Shown here piece by piece: positions 48,430 to 62,000 of a stretch of DNA of 64,000 nt. A program made the position numbers and the translations under genes. Every line of letters begins with the position of its first letter. The stretch's first letter is position 1. The notes beneath the pieces were generated by a model. It was given only the letters and a program-made list of their open reading frames with translations, did not search any database and had not been told where the DNA came from. Origin of the DNA: Octopus sinensis (Eukaryota); contig NC_042997.1 of NCBI RefSeq assembly GCF_006345805.1, forward strand, positions 208,134,001 to 208,198,000, read 5' to 3'.

Positions 48430-50900
48430 ACCATTAGATTTGTACAATCAATGCTTTCACTACAGTTAGTGGTAAGCAGATCAATTTATTCAAATCAAGG
48501 ATTTGATTTAGAAAAAAAAAGACAATAGAGTTCATCCCTAGACTTATTGACAAGAAAATGGGAAAGCAGGGAAGGACCAAAAGTGACAAAGGAGTACCAC
48601 TGTTGAATAAGTTTACAACAAAAAGATACCCACCACCAAATATTCACCAAGCAAACTTTGAAGATGAGTCATGGAAAATACTAAAAAATGTTAAATCTTA
48701 AAAATACCCCCACAGAGGAAATATGCATTTGAGAAAGAGTAAAACAATAATCTTGGAACTTAAGAGATAAGATGGTATTACTGTACATTTGGACAAGAAT
48801 AGGAATATATATAATCTGAAATATATATTACTATCATGAACTATTAAAAAAAGGAAATTACTAGCAGTTACAAAATAATTAATAAAAATATATTGAGAAC
48901 TATTAACCTAATATCTATACAGATAATGACCGATTACAAATTGGATGATTGGACTAAACCTTTTGTTCCAAAGAAACCTAGGATTATGCTAAAAGACCAT
49001 AAGGAGAATTTCTATGACAACCCTAAAGTAAGATTAATTTGCCCAGGTAAATCAGACTTAGGTAGGCTAAACTACACCAGTACAGATAGGTATATACCTG
49101 CAGTTAAGAACATGATAAAATTAAAGCTTTGGTCTATACATAAAAAATAACTGATTGGTTTAATGGAATTGATAATAAAAAAGAAAGAAATTTTTACAAA
49201 TTCATACAGATAATTATTATTCTTCTATTAACCATATATTATTAAATAAGGCTCTTTTGTTTGTGAGAAAAACTCTAAATGAACTATGGAAGAAATTAAC
49301 ATAATTTTAGCTGTCACGAAAATAGTTATTGAATTTCACAACAAATATTGGATTTAAAAAGTTAATAATGATGGCTTTCATATAACAATGGGATCTGAGG
49401 AGTTTGCACATGTCACTGATCTAGTAGGTATATATATTCTATTTAATTTAAGTAGAGATTTTCCTGAACTTAGCAGAGGTTTGTATGGGGATGATACACC
49501 TTTTGCTCTTAGAAACTTTTCTAATAGAAAATTAGAAATGTATAAGAAATTTTATAGATTTAAAAAAAAAACTTTGGACTCTCCAAAACTATTGACATTG
49601 AGCATGAGTCAGTAAACATTTTAGATGTTAACCTTAACCTCATTATTGGCAACCACAAACCATTACATAAATCGAACACCAACTTTAGATATACAAATAT
49701 TGGAAGTAATCATCCTAGATCTATTACAAATTCTTTGATTTACAATGTATCTAGAAGAATCTCAACTTTATGGCTAAATGAGGAGATTTTCAACAAAAAT
49801 GTGGACTTTTACAACATGGCACTTGAGAGGGCAGGACATAAGCAGAAGTCAAAATATTGTGCACCTAGCATAAACTCCAGGGAATAATTTAAATATAACA
49901 GAAAATTAAAAGCATTTGAACAAAATAGAAATAAGGGTAAGAATAAAAGTAAGTATAAACTAAATAACAATGATATTCTAAATATGAAAAACGATTCATT
50001 GCTTCATTCCTCTAATGATATTCATAAAAGTAAAGATGATATTAAATGACATACCCCATATATAAATAAAATTGATTAACACTTACATAATTATAATGAA
50101 ACTTATAATATTATTTGGTTAATTATTCCATTTGCCAAATAAATTAAGAGTAACTTAGTTTAATCTCTTTATAAACTATTTACAAATCACTTTTCTAAGG
50201 AAATGAAGTATTATGACATAATTAATCCCAGCAGGCTCTGTGTTGGATTTTATGTCTCGACCAATGTTTCCCAGATTATATTTTCACTTAACAATAAACA
50301 GTTAACTAATTTCTGTAATAGTACAGTTAGATTTAGTAATGATGCATTACTTGACAACAAAAATAATTCTGATTATAGTGAATATATAAAAAAAGAAATC
50401 TTCTAAAGTATGAAGGGAGACAATGAACGTTGTATCCTATTGTAACCAGAATACTAAAGCTTTGAGCAATGATAATACTGATTACAAGTCTATAAGAGTA
50501 AATAAAAATATGTATAGTGAATGCAAATTTAAGGGTAACTGTTTGTTTAAAAATTGTTACAAATAAAAAAAATGTAGTATATAGAAGTAAAATGGAAGCT
50601 GAGGGTAAAAACTGTTTTTACATAGGATCTACAGAAAATTACATAAAAATGCATATTACAAACCATGATTGCACAATTAGAAACAGAAGTAAATTACCTT
50701 ATACTAGTCTAAAGAAGTTTATTTGGGAATTAAAGGACAATAATAAAAATTATAACCTAAAGTGGGAAATCATAAGACATGCTAAATCCTATAAAACTGG
50801 AAATTCTGATTGCAATTTTTGTATTGATAAAATTTTCCAGTTTTAACTTCTACACATAAACTTCTTAGCATATCATACTCTCACTAGTAATAATGAAAGT
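48430..50900 (+). mobile_element. Degenerate Penelope-like retroelement (Naiad-like RT + GIY-YIG)
   Basis: LKDHKENFYDNPKVRLICPGKSDLG; MGSEEFAHVTDLVGIYIL..GLYGDD; NFLDV; GSNHP; NVVY...YIGSTE...KWEII..AKSY..CNFC. Many stops. Confidence 0.85.
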
Positions 50901-51104
50901 TTAAGAATAGATTAATCTACTTACCACTAACTGTATTGAAAGAATTCTCTATATAAATCTAATGGTTATGTTGTTTTTCAAATATATTTAACACACACAT
51001 GCACACAAATAATAAGATAAAAAGAATAATTATAAAAAGATAATGCATCTACACAAGTAACGTTTTTTAAAAGAAAATTAACATGTTCATGCATACACAC
51101 ACGA

Positions 51105-51250
51105 TGAGCTTCTTTCAGTTTCTATCAACAAAATCCACTCCCAATGCTTTGGCCAACCATTGACCTATAAGAGAAGACACTTGTCCAAAATGCTGTGAGT
51201 GGAATTGAACCTGAAACCACAAGGTCAGGAAGCAACCTTCTCAACCACAC
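51105..51250 (-). mobile_element. tRNA-derived SINE (head and body)
   Basis: Minus strand GTGGTTGAGAAGGTTGCTTCC...GGTTCAATTCC B-box, then TTGGACAAGTGTCTTCT. Confidence 0.7.
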
Positions 51251-51296
51251 TTGGATCTAAAAAGAAACATGAACTATAAAAAATGGTATTACTAAC

Positions 51297-52820
51297 CTTT
51301 CTGCACAATGGCTGCTGCAACCCCACCGCTGTGTTCCAGTCTGCCATTTGCAGCATTAACAATAGCATCTGTGTCCAGAGTCGTGATGTCACCTTCCTTC
51401 AACACTATTTCACACTTCTTATACTTAACATTAACTATTTCATTCGTTTCACTTCCTAAAGCAGGATATAATTTTTTACTCTCAGATTTCATCTGCTTTT
51501 CAAATAAGAAATTGTTTCCTTTTTCACTTTTCTGGGTTTCTTGAGATCTAAATGTTGCATCTTTTGAGCTGATATCTTTTCTTAAATTTTCTATAAATGT
51601 TTCCATTTTCCTAATTTGCTCTTGTGTTCCATCCAGGTGTAACTTATTATCTTTGAGACACACATTCTTAATTTTAATTTTCTCACTAAAGTCATTGATT
51701 TCCTGTTCTTTGAACTCTTTAAGAGAGAGGAAATGTTCAAGAGGCATCGATATATAAGATTTGTAAATTAAAGATTGCTCAAAGTTATCAATTTTGCTCT
51801 TCATATAATCAACTACAGCATCAACAACAATAATAGAATCTTCTCCAAAAAAACAGAAATCTGGAAACTCTTCTTTTAGACTTTTAACTAATGTCAGCCA
51901 CTTTCCATGATTTGGAGTATCCTTAATTTTGTCCACAAAATCCAGTGTATTGGCAACAAAAGTTTCTTTCATGATTCCTTCCAAAAGTGAAAGATGTGTT
52001 TTATCACTTGCATAAAGTATTACTGAATCACCATCACCCGTTTCCCATGAACCGATACATTTCTTGTTTCTCAGTTTTTCATCAAGATATTCTTTCACTG
52101 GTTTTTTATTTATGATCATTCCAGTATTTAAAGGCAAACACAATTCAGATTTTACAATTGACCGAAGAATTTCATACATATTCTTTTGACAATTAGTTAC
52201 TTTGGAATACTGGCCTTCAAAAATAACTTTGTTACTTTCAGCTGTGACTTTTAGACCTTCAAATTGTCTTTCTGCATCCGCAAAAAATTCGAAACCAGAC
52301 AGAATACATCTTTCGTGAATATTTAACTCATCCTCACGTTCCGTTCTAAGATTATCCAAAAGTCTGTTTTTCATTTTAATTACACTACTTTTATCAAATC
52401 CCAAAATATGAACTTTATGAATTCGGAAATCAAAATAAAAATACTTCTTATCATCTTCATTTTTAAATGTTCTAACAATGTCTTCAAAAATTTCATCTGG
52501 AACATCAATAATTTCAACAGTAATGGAATTTAATAAATCTTTCAAACATTTTTCAATTTCCTCAAAATTTTCGTCAGAATATTTTAATTTCAGTTTATTA
52601 AACTTGGAATCTTTCCAAATTACTTCAGCCCGTCTCTTTAATTGGTCATTAACTATGATTTTATGTTTCTTTAAGAAAGTCAGATGGAACTGGGAAGGTA
52701 GTAAATAGTCATGGACTTGCTGGCTTGAAATGGTATTTTCTTCACATGGTACCCAGAATGGTTGAACATCTAACTCCACATCTTCCAATTGATGTCGTCT
52801 TCTACAAACGTCCAGCACAA
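51297..52820 (-). CDS. PARP14/9/15-like gene, large internal exon (1524 nt, phase 1-1) ending in the macro domain N-terminus
   Basis: 508-codon stop-free frame. Acceptor ttttcataatttag|TTGTG, donor AAAG|gttagt. C-terminal IVLKEGDITTLDTDAIVNAANGRLEHSGGVAAAIVQK. The upstream region plausibly corresponds to the KH-like region of PARP14 (inference). Confidence 0.9.
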
Positions 52821-53026
52821 CTAAATTATGAAAAAGTAAAAAGAGAAAATCATTTCATTAGTGAGGGATTAGGGGTGAGCTGGTGAGTTCAGTGGGTAAA
52901 GACAGAAAAATATTAGGAGACAAAGTTATAAGTTATTATTATAATACATTAGCAAACAGGAAAATATAATCAACATTTAACTGATACTAAGAAAACACTA
53001 TCTCTATTAATTATAATAAATACTAG

Positions 53027-56000
53027 AAACATCACTGGAATTTTGGTTTCAAATTCGCACAAGGCCAGATATTTCAGGAGAGTGGCTAAGTCAATTACAT
53101 CAACACCAGTGATCAACTGGTACTTATTTTATTGACCATAAACATCACTGGAAATTTGGTTTCAAATTTTGGCACAAGGCCAGCAATTTCAGGAGAGTGT
53201 TCAAGTCAATTACATCAACCCCAGTGCTCAACTGCTACTTATTTTATTCACCATAAACTTCACTGGAATTTTGGTTTCAAATTTTGGCACAAGACCAGCA
53301 ATTTCAGGAGAGTGGCTAAGTCAATTACATCAACCCCAGAGCTCAACTGCTACTTATTTTATTGACCATAAGCATCACTGAGATTTTGGTTTCAAAGTTT
53401 GGCACAAGGCCAGCAATTTCAAGAGAGTGTCTAAGTCAATTACATAAACCCCAGTGCTCAACTGCTACTTATTTTATTGACCATAAACATCACTGGAATT
53501 TTGGTTTCAAAGTTTGGCACAAAACCAGCAATTTCAAGGGAGTGGCTGAGTCAATTACTTCAACCCCAGTGCTCAACTGGTACTTATTTTATTGACCATA
53601 AACATCACTGGAATTTTGGTTTCAAAGTTTGGCACAAAACAGCAATTTCAAGAGAGTGGCTGAGTCTGAGTCAATTACTTCAACCCCAGTGCTCAACTGG
53701 TACTTATTTTATTGACCATAAACATCACTGGAATTTTCGTTTCAAAGTTTGGCACAAAACCAGCAATTTCAAGAGAGTGGCTGAGTCAATTACTTCAACC
53801 CCAGTGCTCAACTGGTACTTATTTTATTGACCATAAACATCACTGGAATTTTGGTTTCAAAGTTTGGCACAAAACCAGCAATTTCAAGAGAGTGGCTGAG
53901 TCAATTACTTCAACCCCAGTGCTCAACTGGTACTTATTTTATTGACCATAAACATCACTAGAAATTTGGTTTCAAATTTTGGCACAAGGCCAGCAATTCC
54001 AGGAGAGTGACTGAGTCAATTACATCAACCCCAGTGCTCAACTGGTACTTATTTTATTGACCATAAACATCACTGGAATTTTGGTTTCAAAGTTTGGCAC
54101 AAAACCAGCAATTTCAAAAGAGTGGCTGAGTCAATTACTTCAACCCCAGTGCTCAACTGGTACTTATTTTATTGACCATAAACATCACTGGATTTTTGGT
54201 TTCAAAGTTTGGCACAAAACCAGCAATTTCAAGAGAGTGGCTCAGTCAATTACATCAACCCCAGTGTTCAACTGGTACTTATTTTATCGACCATAAACAT
54301 CACTGGAATTTTGCTTCCAAATTTTGGCACAAGGCCAGCAATTTCAGGAGAGTGTCCAAGACAATTACATTAACCCCAGTGCTCAAGTGGTACCTATTTT
54401 ATTGACCATAAACATCACTGGAATTTTGCTTTCAAATTTTGGCACAAGGCCAGGAATTTCAGGACATTGGCTAAGTCAATAACATCAACCCCAGTGCTCA
54501 ACTGGTACTTATTTTATTGACCATAAACATCACTGGAATTTTGGTTTCAAATTTTGGCACAAGGCCAGCAATTTCAGGAGAGTGTCTAAGTCAATTACAT
54601 CAACCCCAGTGCTCAGCTGGTACTTATTTTATTGACCATAGACATCACTGGAATTTTGCTTTCAAATGTTGGCACAAGGCCAGCAATTTCAGGAGAGTGT
54701 CTAAGTCAATTACATCAACCCCAGTGCTCAACTAGTACTTATTTTATTGACCATAAACATCACTGGAATTTTGCTTTCAAATGTTGGCACAAGGCCAGCA
54801 ATTTAAGGAGAGTGTCTAATTCAATTACATCAACCCCAGTGCTCAGCTGGCACTTATTTTATTGACCATAAACATCACTGGAATTTTGCTTACAAATTTT
54901 GGCACAAGGCCAGCAATTTATGGAGAGTGGCTAAGTCAATTACATCAACCCCAGTGCTCAGCTGGTACTTATTTTATTGACCATAGACATCACTGGAATT
55001 TTGCTTTCAAATTTAGGCACAAGGCCAGCAATTTCAGGAGAGTGTACAGGTCAATTACATCAACTCCAGTGCTCAGCTGGTACTTATTTTATTGACCATA
55101 AATATCACTGGAATTTTGGTTTCAAATTTTGGCGCAGAACCAGCAATTTCAAGAAAGTGGCTGAGTCAATTACATCAACCCCAGTGCTCAGCTGGTACTT
55201 ATTTTATTTACCATAAACATCACTGGAATTTTGGTTTCAAATTTTGGCACAAAACCAGCAATTTCAAGAGAGTGGCTGAGTCAATTACTTCAACCCCAGT
55301 GCTCAACTGCTACTTATTTTATTGACCATAAATATCACTGGAATTTTGGTTTCAAAGTTTGGCACAAAACCAGCAATTTCAAGAGAGTGGCTGAGTCAAT
55401 TACTTCAACCCCAGTGCTCAGCTGCTACTTATTTTATTGACCATAAACATCACTGGAATTTTGGTTTCAAAGTTTGGCACAAAACCAGCAATTTCAAGAG
55501 AGTGGCTGAGTCAATTCCTTCAACCCCAGTGCTCAGCTGCTACTTATTTTATTGACCATAAACATCACTGGAATTTTGGTTTCAAAGTTTGGCACAAAAC
55601 CAGCAATTTCAAGAGAGTGGCTGAGTCAATTACTTCAACCCCAGTGCTCAACTGCTACTTATTTTATCGGCCATAAACATCACTGGAATTTTGCTTGCAA
55701 ATTTTGGTACAAGGCCAGCAATTTCAGGAGAGTGTCTAAGTCAATTACATAAAACCCAGTGCTCAACTGCTACTTATTTTATTGACCATAAACATCACTG
55801 GAATTTTGGTTTCAAAGTTTGGCACAAAACCAGCAATTTCAAGAGAGTGGCTGAGTCAATTACTTCAACCCCAGTGCTCAACTGCTACTTATTTTATTGA
55901 CCATAAACATCACTGGAATTTTGGTTTCAAAGTTTGGCACAAAACCAGCAATTTCAAGAGAGTGGCTGAGTCAAATACTTCAACCCCAGTGCTCAACTGC

Positions 56001-59000
56001 TACTTATTTTATTGACCACAAACATCACTGGAATTTTGGTTTCAAAGTTTGGCACAAAACCAGCAATTTCAAGGGAGTGACTGAGTCAATTCCTTCAACC
56101 CCAGTGCTCAACTGCTACTTATTTTATTGACCATAAACATCACTGGAATTTTGGTTTCAAAGTTTGGCACAAAACCAGCAATTTCAAGAGAGTGGCTGAG
56201 TCAATTACTTCAACCCCAGTGCTCAACTGCTACTTATTTTATTGACCATAAACATCACTGGAATTTTGGTTTCAAAGTTTGGCACAAAACCAGCAATTTC
56301 AAGAGAGTGGCTGAGTCAATTACTTCAACCCCAGTGCTCAACTGCTACTTATTTTATTGACCATAAACATCACTGGAATTTTGGTTTCAAAGTTTGGCAC
56401 AAAACCAGCAATTTCAAGAGAGTGGCTGAGTCAATTACTTCAACCCCAGTGCTCAACTGCTACTTATTTTATTGACCATAAAATCACTGGAATTTTGGTT
56501 TCAAAGTTTGGCACAAAACCAGCAATTTCAAGGGAGTGGCTGAGTCAATACTTCAACCCCAGTGCTCAACTGCGACTTATTTTATTGACCATAAAATCAC
56601 TGGAATTTTGGTTTCAAAGTTTGGCACAAAACCAGCAATTTCAAGAGAGTGGCTGAGTCAATTACTTCAACCCCAGTGCTCAACTGCTACTTATTTTATT
56701 GACCATAAACATCACTGGAATTTTGGTTTCAAAGGTTGGCACAAAACCAGCAATTTCAAGGGAGTGGCTGAGTCAATTACTTCAAACCCAGTGCTCAACT
56801 GCTACTTATTTTATTGACCATAAACATCACTGGAATTTTGGTTTCAAAGTTGGCACAAAACCAGCAATTTCAAGAGAGTGGTGAGTCAATTACTTCAAAC
56901 CCAGTGCTCAACTGCTACTTATTTTATTGACCATAAAATCACTGGAATTTTGGTTTCAAAGTTTGGCACAAAACCAGCAATTTCAAGAGAGTGGCTGAGT
57001 CATTACTTCACCCCAGTGCTCAACTGCTACTTATTTTATTGACCATAAACATCACTGGAATTTTGGTTTCAAAGTTTGGCACAAAACCAGCAATTTCAAG
57101 GGAGTGGCTGAGTCAATTACTTCAACCCCAGTGCTCAACTGCTACTTATTTTATTGACCATAAACATCACTGGAATTTTGGTTTCAAAGTTTGGCACAAA
57201 ACCAGCAATTTCAAGAGAGTGGCTGAGTCAATTACTTCAACCCCAGTGCTCAACTGCTACTTATTTTATTGACCATAAACATCACTGGAATTTTGGTTTC
57301 AAAGATTGGCACAAAACCAGCAATTTCAAGGGAGTGGCTGAGTCAATTACTTCAACCCCAGTGCTCAACTGCTACTTATGTTATTGACCATAAACATCAC
57401 TGGAATTTTGGTTTCAAAGATTGGCACAAAACCAGCATTTCAAGGGAGTGGCTGAGTCAATTACTTCAACCCAGTGCTCAACTGCTACTTATTTTATTGA
57501 CCATAAACATCACTGGAATTTTGGTTTCAAAGATTGGCACAAAACCAGCAATTTCAAGGGAGTGGCTGAGTCAATTACTTCAACCCCAGTGCTCAACTGC
57601 TACTTATGTTATTGACCATAAACATCTCTGGAATTTTGTTTCAAAGTTGGCACAAAACCAGCAATTTCAAGAGAGTGGCTGAGTCAATTACTTCAACCCA
57701 GTGCTCAACTGCTACTTATTTTATTGACCATAAACATCACTGGAATTTTGGTTTCAAAGTTTGGCACAAAACCAGCATTTCAAGAGAGTGGCTGAGTCAA
57801 TTACTTCAACCCCAGTGCTCAACTGCTACTTATTTTATTGACCATAAACATCACTGGAATTTTGGTTTCAAAGTTGGCACAAAACCAGCAATTTCAAGAG
57901 AGTGGCTGGGTCAATTACTTCAACCCCAGTGCTCAACTGGTACTTATTTTATTGACCATAAACATCACTGGAATTTTGGTTTCAAAGTTTGGCACAAAAC
58001 CAGCAATTTCAAGAGAGTGGCTGAGTCAATTACTTCAAACCAGTGCTCAACTGGTACTTATTTTATTGACATAAACATCACTGGAATTTTGGTTTCAAAG
58101 TTTGGCACAAAACCAGCAATTTCAAGGGAGTGGCTGAGTCAATTACTTCAACCCCAGTGCTCAACTGCTACTTATTTTATTGACCATAAACATCTCTGGA
58201 ATTTTGGTTTCAAATTTTGGCACAAGGCCAGCAATTTCAGGAGAGTGACTAAGTCAATTACATCAACCCTAGTGATCAACTGGTACTTATTTTATTGACC
58301 ATAAACATGACTGGAATTTTGGTTTCAAAGTTTGGCACAAAACCAGCAATTTCAAGAGAGTGGCAAAGTCAATTACTTCAAACCCAGTGCTCAACTGGTA
58401 CTTATTTTATTGACCATAAACATGACTGGAATTTTGGTTTCAAAGTTTGGCACAAAACCAGCAATTTCAGGAGAGTGGCTGAGTCAATTACTTCAACCCC
58501 AGTGCTCAACTGGTACTTATTTTATTGACCATAACATCACTGGAATTTTGGTTTCAAAGTTTGGCACAAAACCAGCAATTTCAAGAGAGTGGCTAAGTCA
58601 ATTACATCAACCCCAGTGCTCAACTGGTACTTATTTTATTGACCATAAACATCACTGGAATTTTGGTTTCAAATTTTGGCACAAAACAGCAATTTCAGGG
58701 AGTGGCTGAGTCAATTACATCAACCCCAGTGCTCAACTGCTACTTATTTTATTGACCATAAACATCTCTGGAATTTTGGTTTCAAATTTTGGCACAAAAC
58801 CAGCAATTTCAAGAGAGTGGCTGAGTCAATTACATCAACCCCGGTGCTCAGCTGGTACTTATCTTATTGACCATAAACATCACTGGAATTTTGGTTTCAA
58901 AGTTTGGCACAAAACCAGCAATTTCATGAGAGTGGCTGAGTCAATTACATCAACCCCAGTGCTCAACTGGTACTTATTTTATTGACCATAAACATCTCTG

Positions 59001-62000
59001 GAATTTTGGTTTCAAATTTTGGCACTAAACCAGCAATTTCATGAGAGTGGCTGAGTCAATTACATCAACCCCAGTGCTCAACTGGTACTTATTTTATTCA
59101 CCATAAACATCACTGGAATTTTGGTTTCAAATTTTGGCACAAGACCAGCAATTTCAAGAGAGTGGCAAGTCAATTACATAAAACCCCAGTGCTCAACTGG
59201 TACTTATTTTATTGACCATAAACATCACTGGAATTTTGGTTTCAAATTTTGGCACAAAACCAGCAATTTCATGAGAGTGGCTGAGTCAATTTCATCAACC
59301 CCAGTGCTCAACTGGTACTTATTTTATTGACCATAAACATCACTGGAATTTTGGTTTCAAATTTTGGCACAAGACCAGCAATTTCAAGAGAGTGGCAAAG
59401 TCAATTACATCAACCCCAGTGCTCAACTGCTACTTATTTTATTGACCATAAACATCTCTGGAATTTTGGTTTCAAATTTTGGCACAAAACCAGCAATTTC
59501 AAGAGAGTGGCTGAGTCAATTACTTCAACCCCAGTGCTCAACTACTACTTATTTTATTGACCATAAACATCTCTGGAATTTTGGTTTCAAATTTTGGCAC
59601 AAAACCAGCAATTTCAAGAGAGTGGCTGAGTCAATTACATCAACCCCAGTGCTCAGCTGGTACTTATTTTATTGACCATAAACATCACTGGAATTTTGGT
59701 TTCAAAGTTTGGCACAAAACCAGCAATTTCATGAGAGTGGCTGAGTCAATTACATCAACCCCAGTGCTCAACTGGTACTTATTTTATTGACCATAAACAT
59801 CACTGGAATTTTGCTTTCAAATTTTGGCACAAAACCAGCAATTTCATGAGAGTGGCTGAGTCAATTACATCAACCCCAGTGCTCAACTGGTACTTATTTT
59901 ATTCACCATAAACTTCACTGGAATTTTGGTTTCAAATTTTGGCACAGGACCAGCAATTTCAAGAGAGTGGCAAAGTCAATTACATCAACCCCAGTGCTCA
60001 ACTGGTACTTATTTTATTGACCATAAACATAACGGGAATTTTGCTTTCAAATTTTGGTACATGGCCAGCAATTTCAGGAGAGTGGCAAAGTCAATTAGAT
60101 CAACCCCAGTGATCAAGTGGTACTTATTTTATTGACCATAAACATCACTGGAAATTTGCTTTCAAATTTTGGCACAAGGCCAGTAATTTAAGTAGAGTGG
60201 CTACGTCAATTACATCAAACCCAGAGCTCAACTACTACTTAATTTATTGACCATAAACATCACTGAGATTTTGGTTTCAAATTTTGGCACAAGGACAGCA
60301 ATTTCAAGAGAGTGTCCAAGTCAATTACATAACCCCAGTGCTCAACTGGTACTTATTTTATTGACCATAAACATCACTGGAATTTTGGTTTCAAAGTTTG
60401 ACACAAAACCAGCAATTCAAGAGAGTGGCTGAGTCAATTACTTCAACCCCAGTGCTCAACTGGTACTTATTTTATTGACCATAAACATCACTGGAATTTT
60501 GGTTTCAAAGTTTGGAACAAAACCAGCAATTTCAAGAGAGTGGCTGAGTCAATTACATCAACCCCAGTGCTCAGCTGGTACTTATTTTATTGACCATAAA
60601 CATCACTGGAATTTTGGTTTCAAAGTTTGGCACAAAACCAGCAATTTCAAGAGAGTGGCTAAGTCAATTCCTTCAACCCCAGTGCACAACTGGTACTTAT
60701 TTTATTGACCATAAACATCACTGGAATTTTGGTTTCAAATTTTGGCACAAAACCAGCAATTTCAAGGGAGTGACTGAGTCAATTACTTCAACACCAGTGC
60801 TCAACTGGTACTTATTTTATTGACCAAAAACATCTCTGGAATTTTGGTTTCAAATTTTGGCACAAGGTCAGCAATTTCAGGAGAGTGACTAAGTCAATTA
60901 CATCAACCCCAGTGCGCAACTGGTACTTATTTTATTGACCATAAACATAACTGGAATTTTGCTTGCAAATTTTGGTACAAGGCCAGCAATTTCAGGAGAC
61001 TGTCTAAGTCAATTACATAAAACCCAGTGCTCAACTGGTACTTATTTTATTGACCATAAACATCTCTGGAATTTTGGTTTCAAATTTTGGCACAAGGCCA
61101 GCAATTTCAGGAGAGTGACTAAGTCAATTACATCAACCCCAGTGATCAACCGGTACTTATTTTATTGACCATAAACATCACTGGAATTTTGGTTTCAAAT
61201 TTTGGCACAAAACCAGCAATTTCATGAGAGTGGCTAAGTCAATTACATCAACCCCAGTGCTCAACTGGTACTTATTTTACTCACCATAAACTTCACTCGA
61301 ATTTTGGTTTCAAATTTTGGCACAAGAACTGCAATTTCAGGAGAGTGGCAAAGTCAATTAGATCAACCCCAGTGCTCAACTGGTACTTATTTTATTGACC
61401 ATAAACATCACTGGAATTTTGCTTTCAAATTTTGGCACAAGGCCAGTAATTTAAGTAGAGTGGCTACGTCAATTACATCAACCCCAGAGCTCAACTAGTA
61501 CTTATTTTATTGACCATAAACATCACTGAGATTTTGGTTTCAAAGTTTGGCACAAAACCAGCAATTTCAAGAGAATGGCTGAGTCAATTACATCAACCCC
61601 AGTGCTCAGCTGGTACTTATTTTATTGACCATAAACATCACTGGAATTTTGGTTTCAAAGTTTGGCACAAAACCAGCAATTTCAAGAGACTGGCTGAGTC
61701 AATTACTTCAACCCCAGTGCTCAACTGGTACTTATTTTATTGACCATAAACATCACTGCAATTTTGGTTTCAAAGTTTGGCACAAAACCAGAAATTTCAA
61801 GAGAGTGGCAAACTCAATTCCTTCAACCCCAGTGCACAACTGGTACTTATTTTATTGACCAGAAACATTACTGGAATTTTGGTTTCAAAGTTTGGCACAA
61901 AACCAGCAAGTTCAAGAGAGTGGCTGAGTCAATTACTTCAACCCCAGTGCTCAACTGCTACTTATTTTATTGACCATAAACATCACTGGAATCTTGGTTT

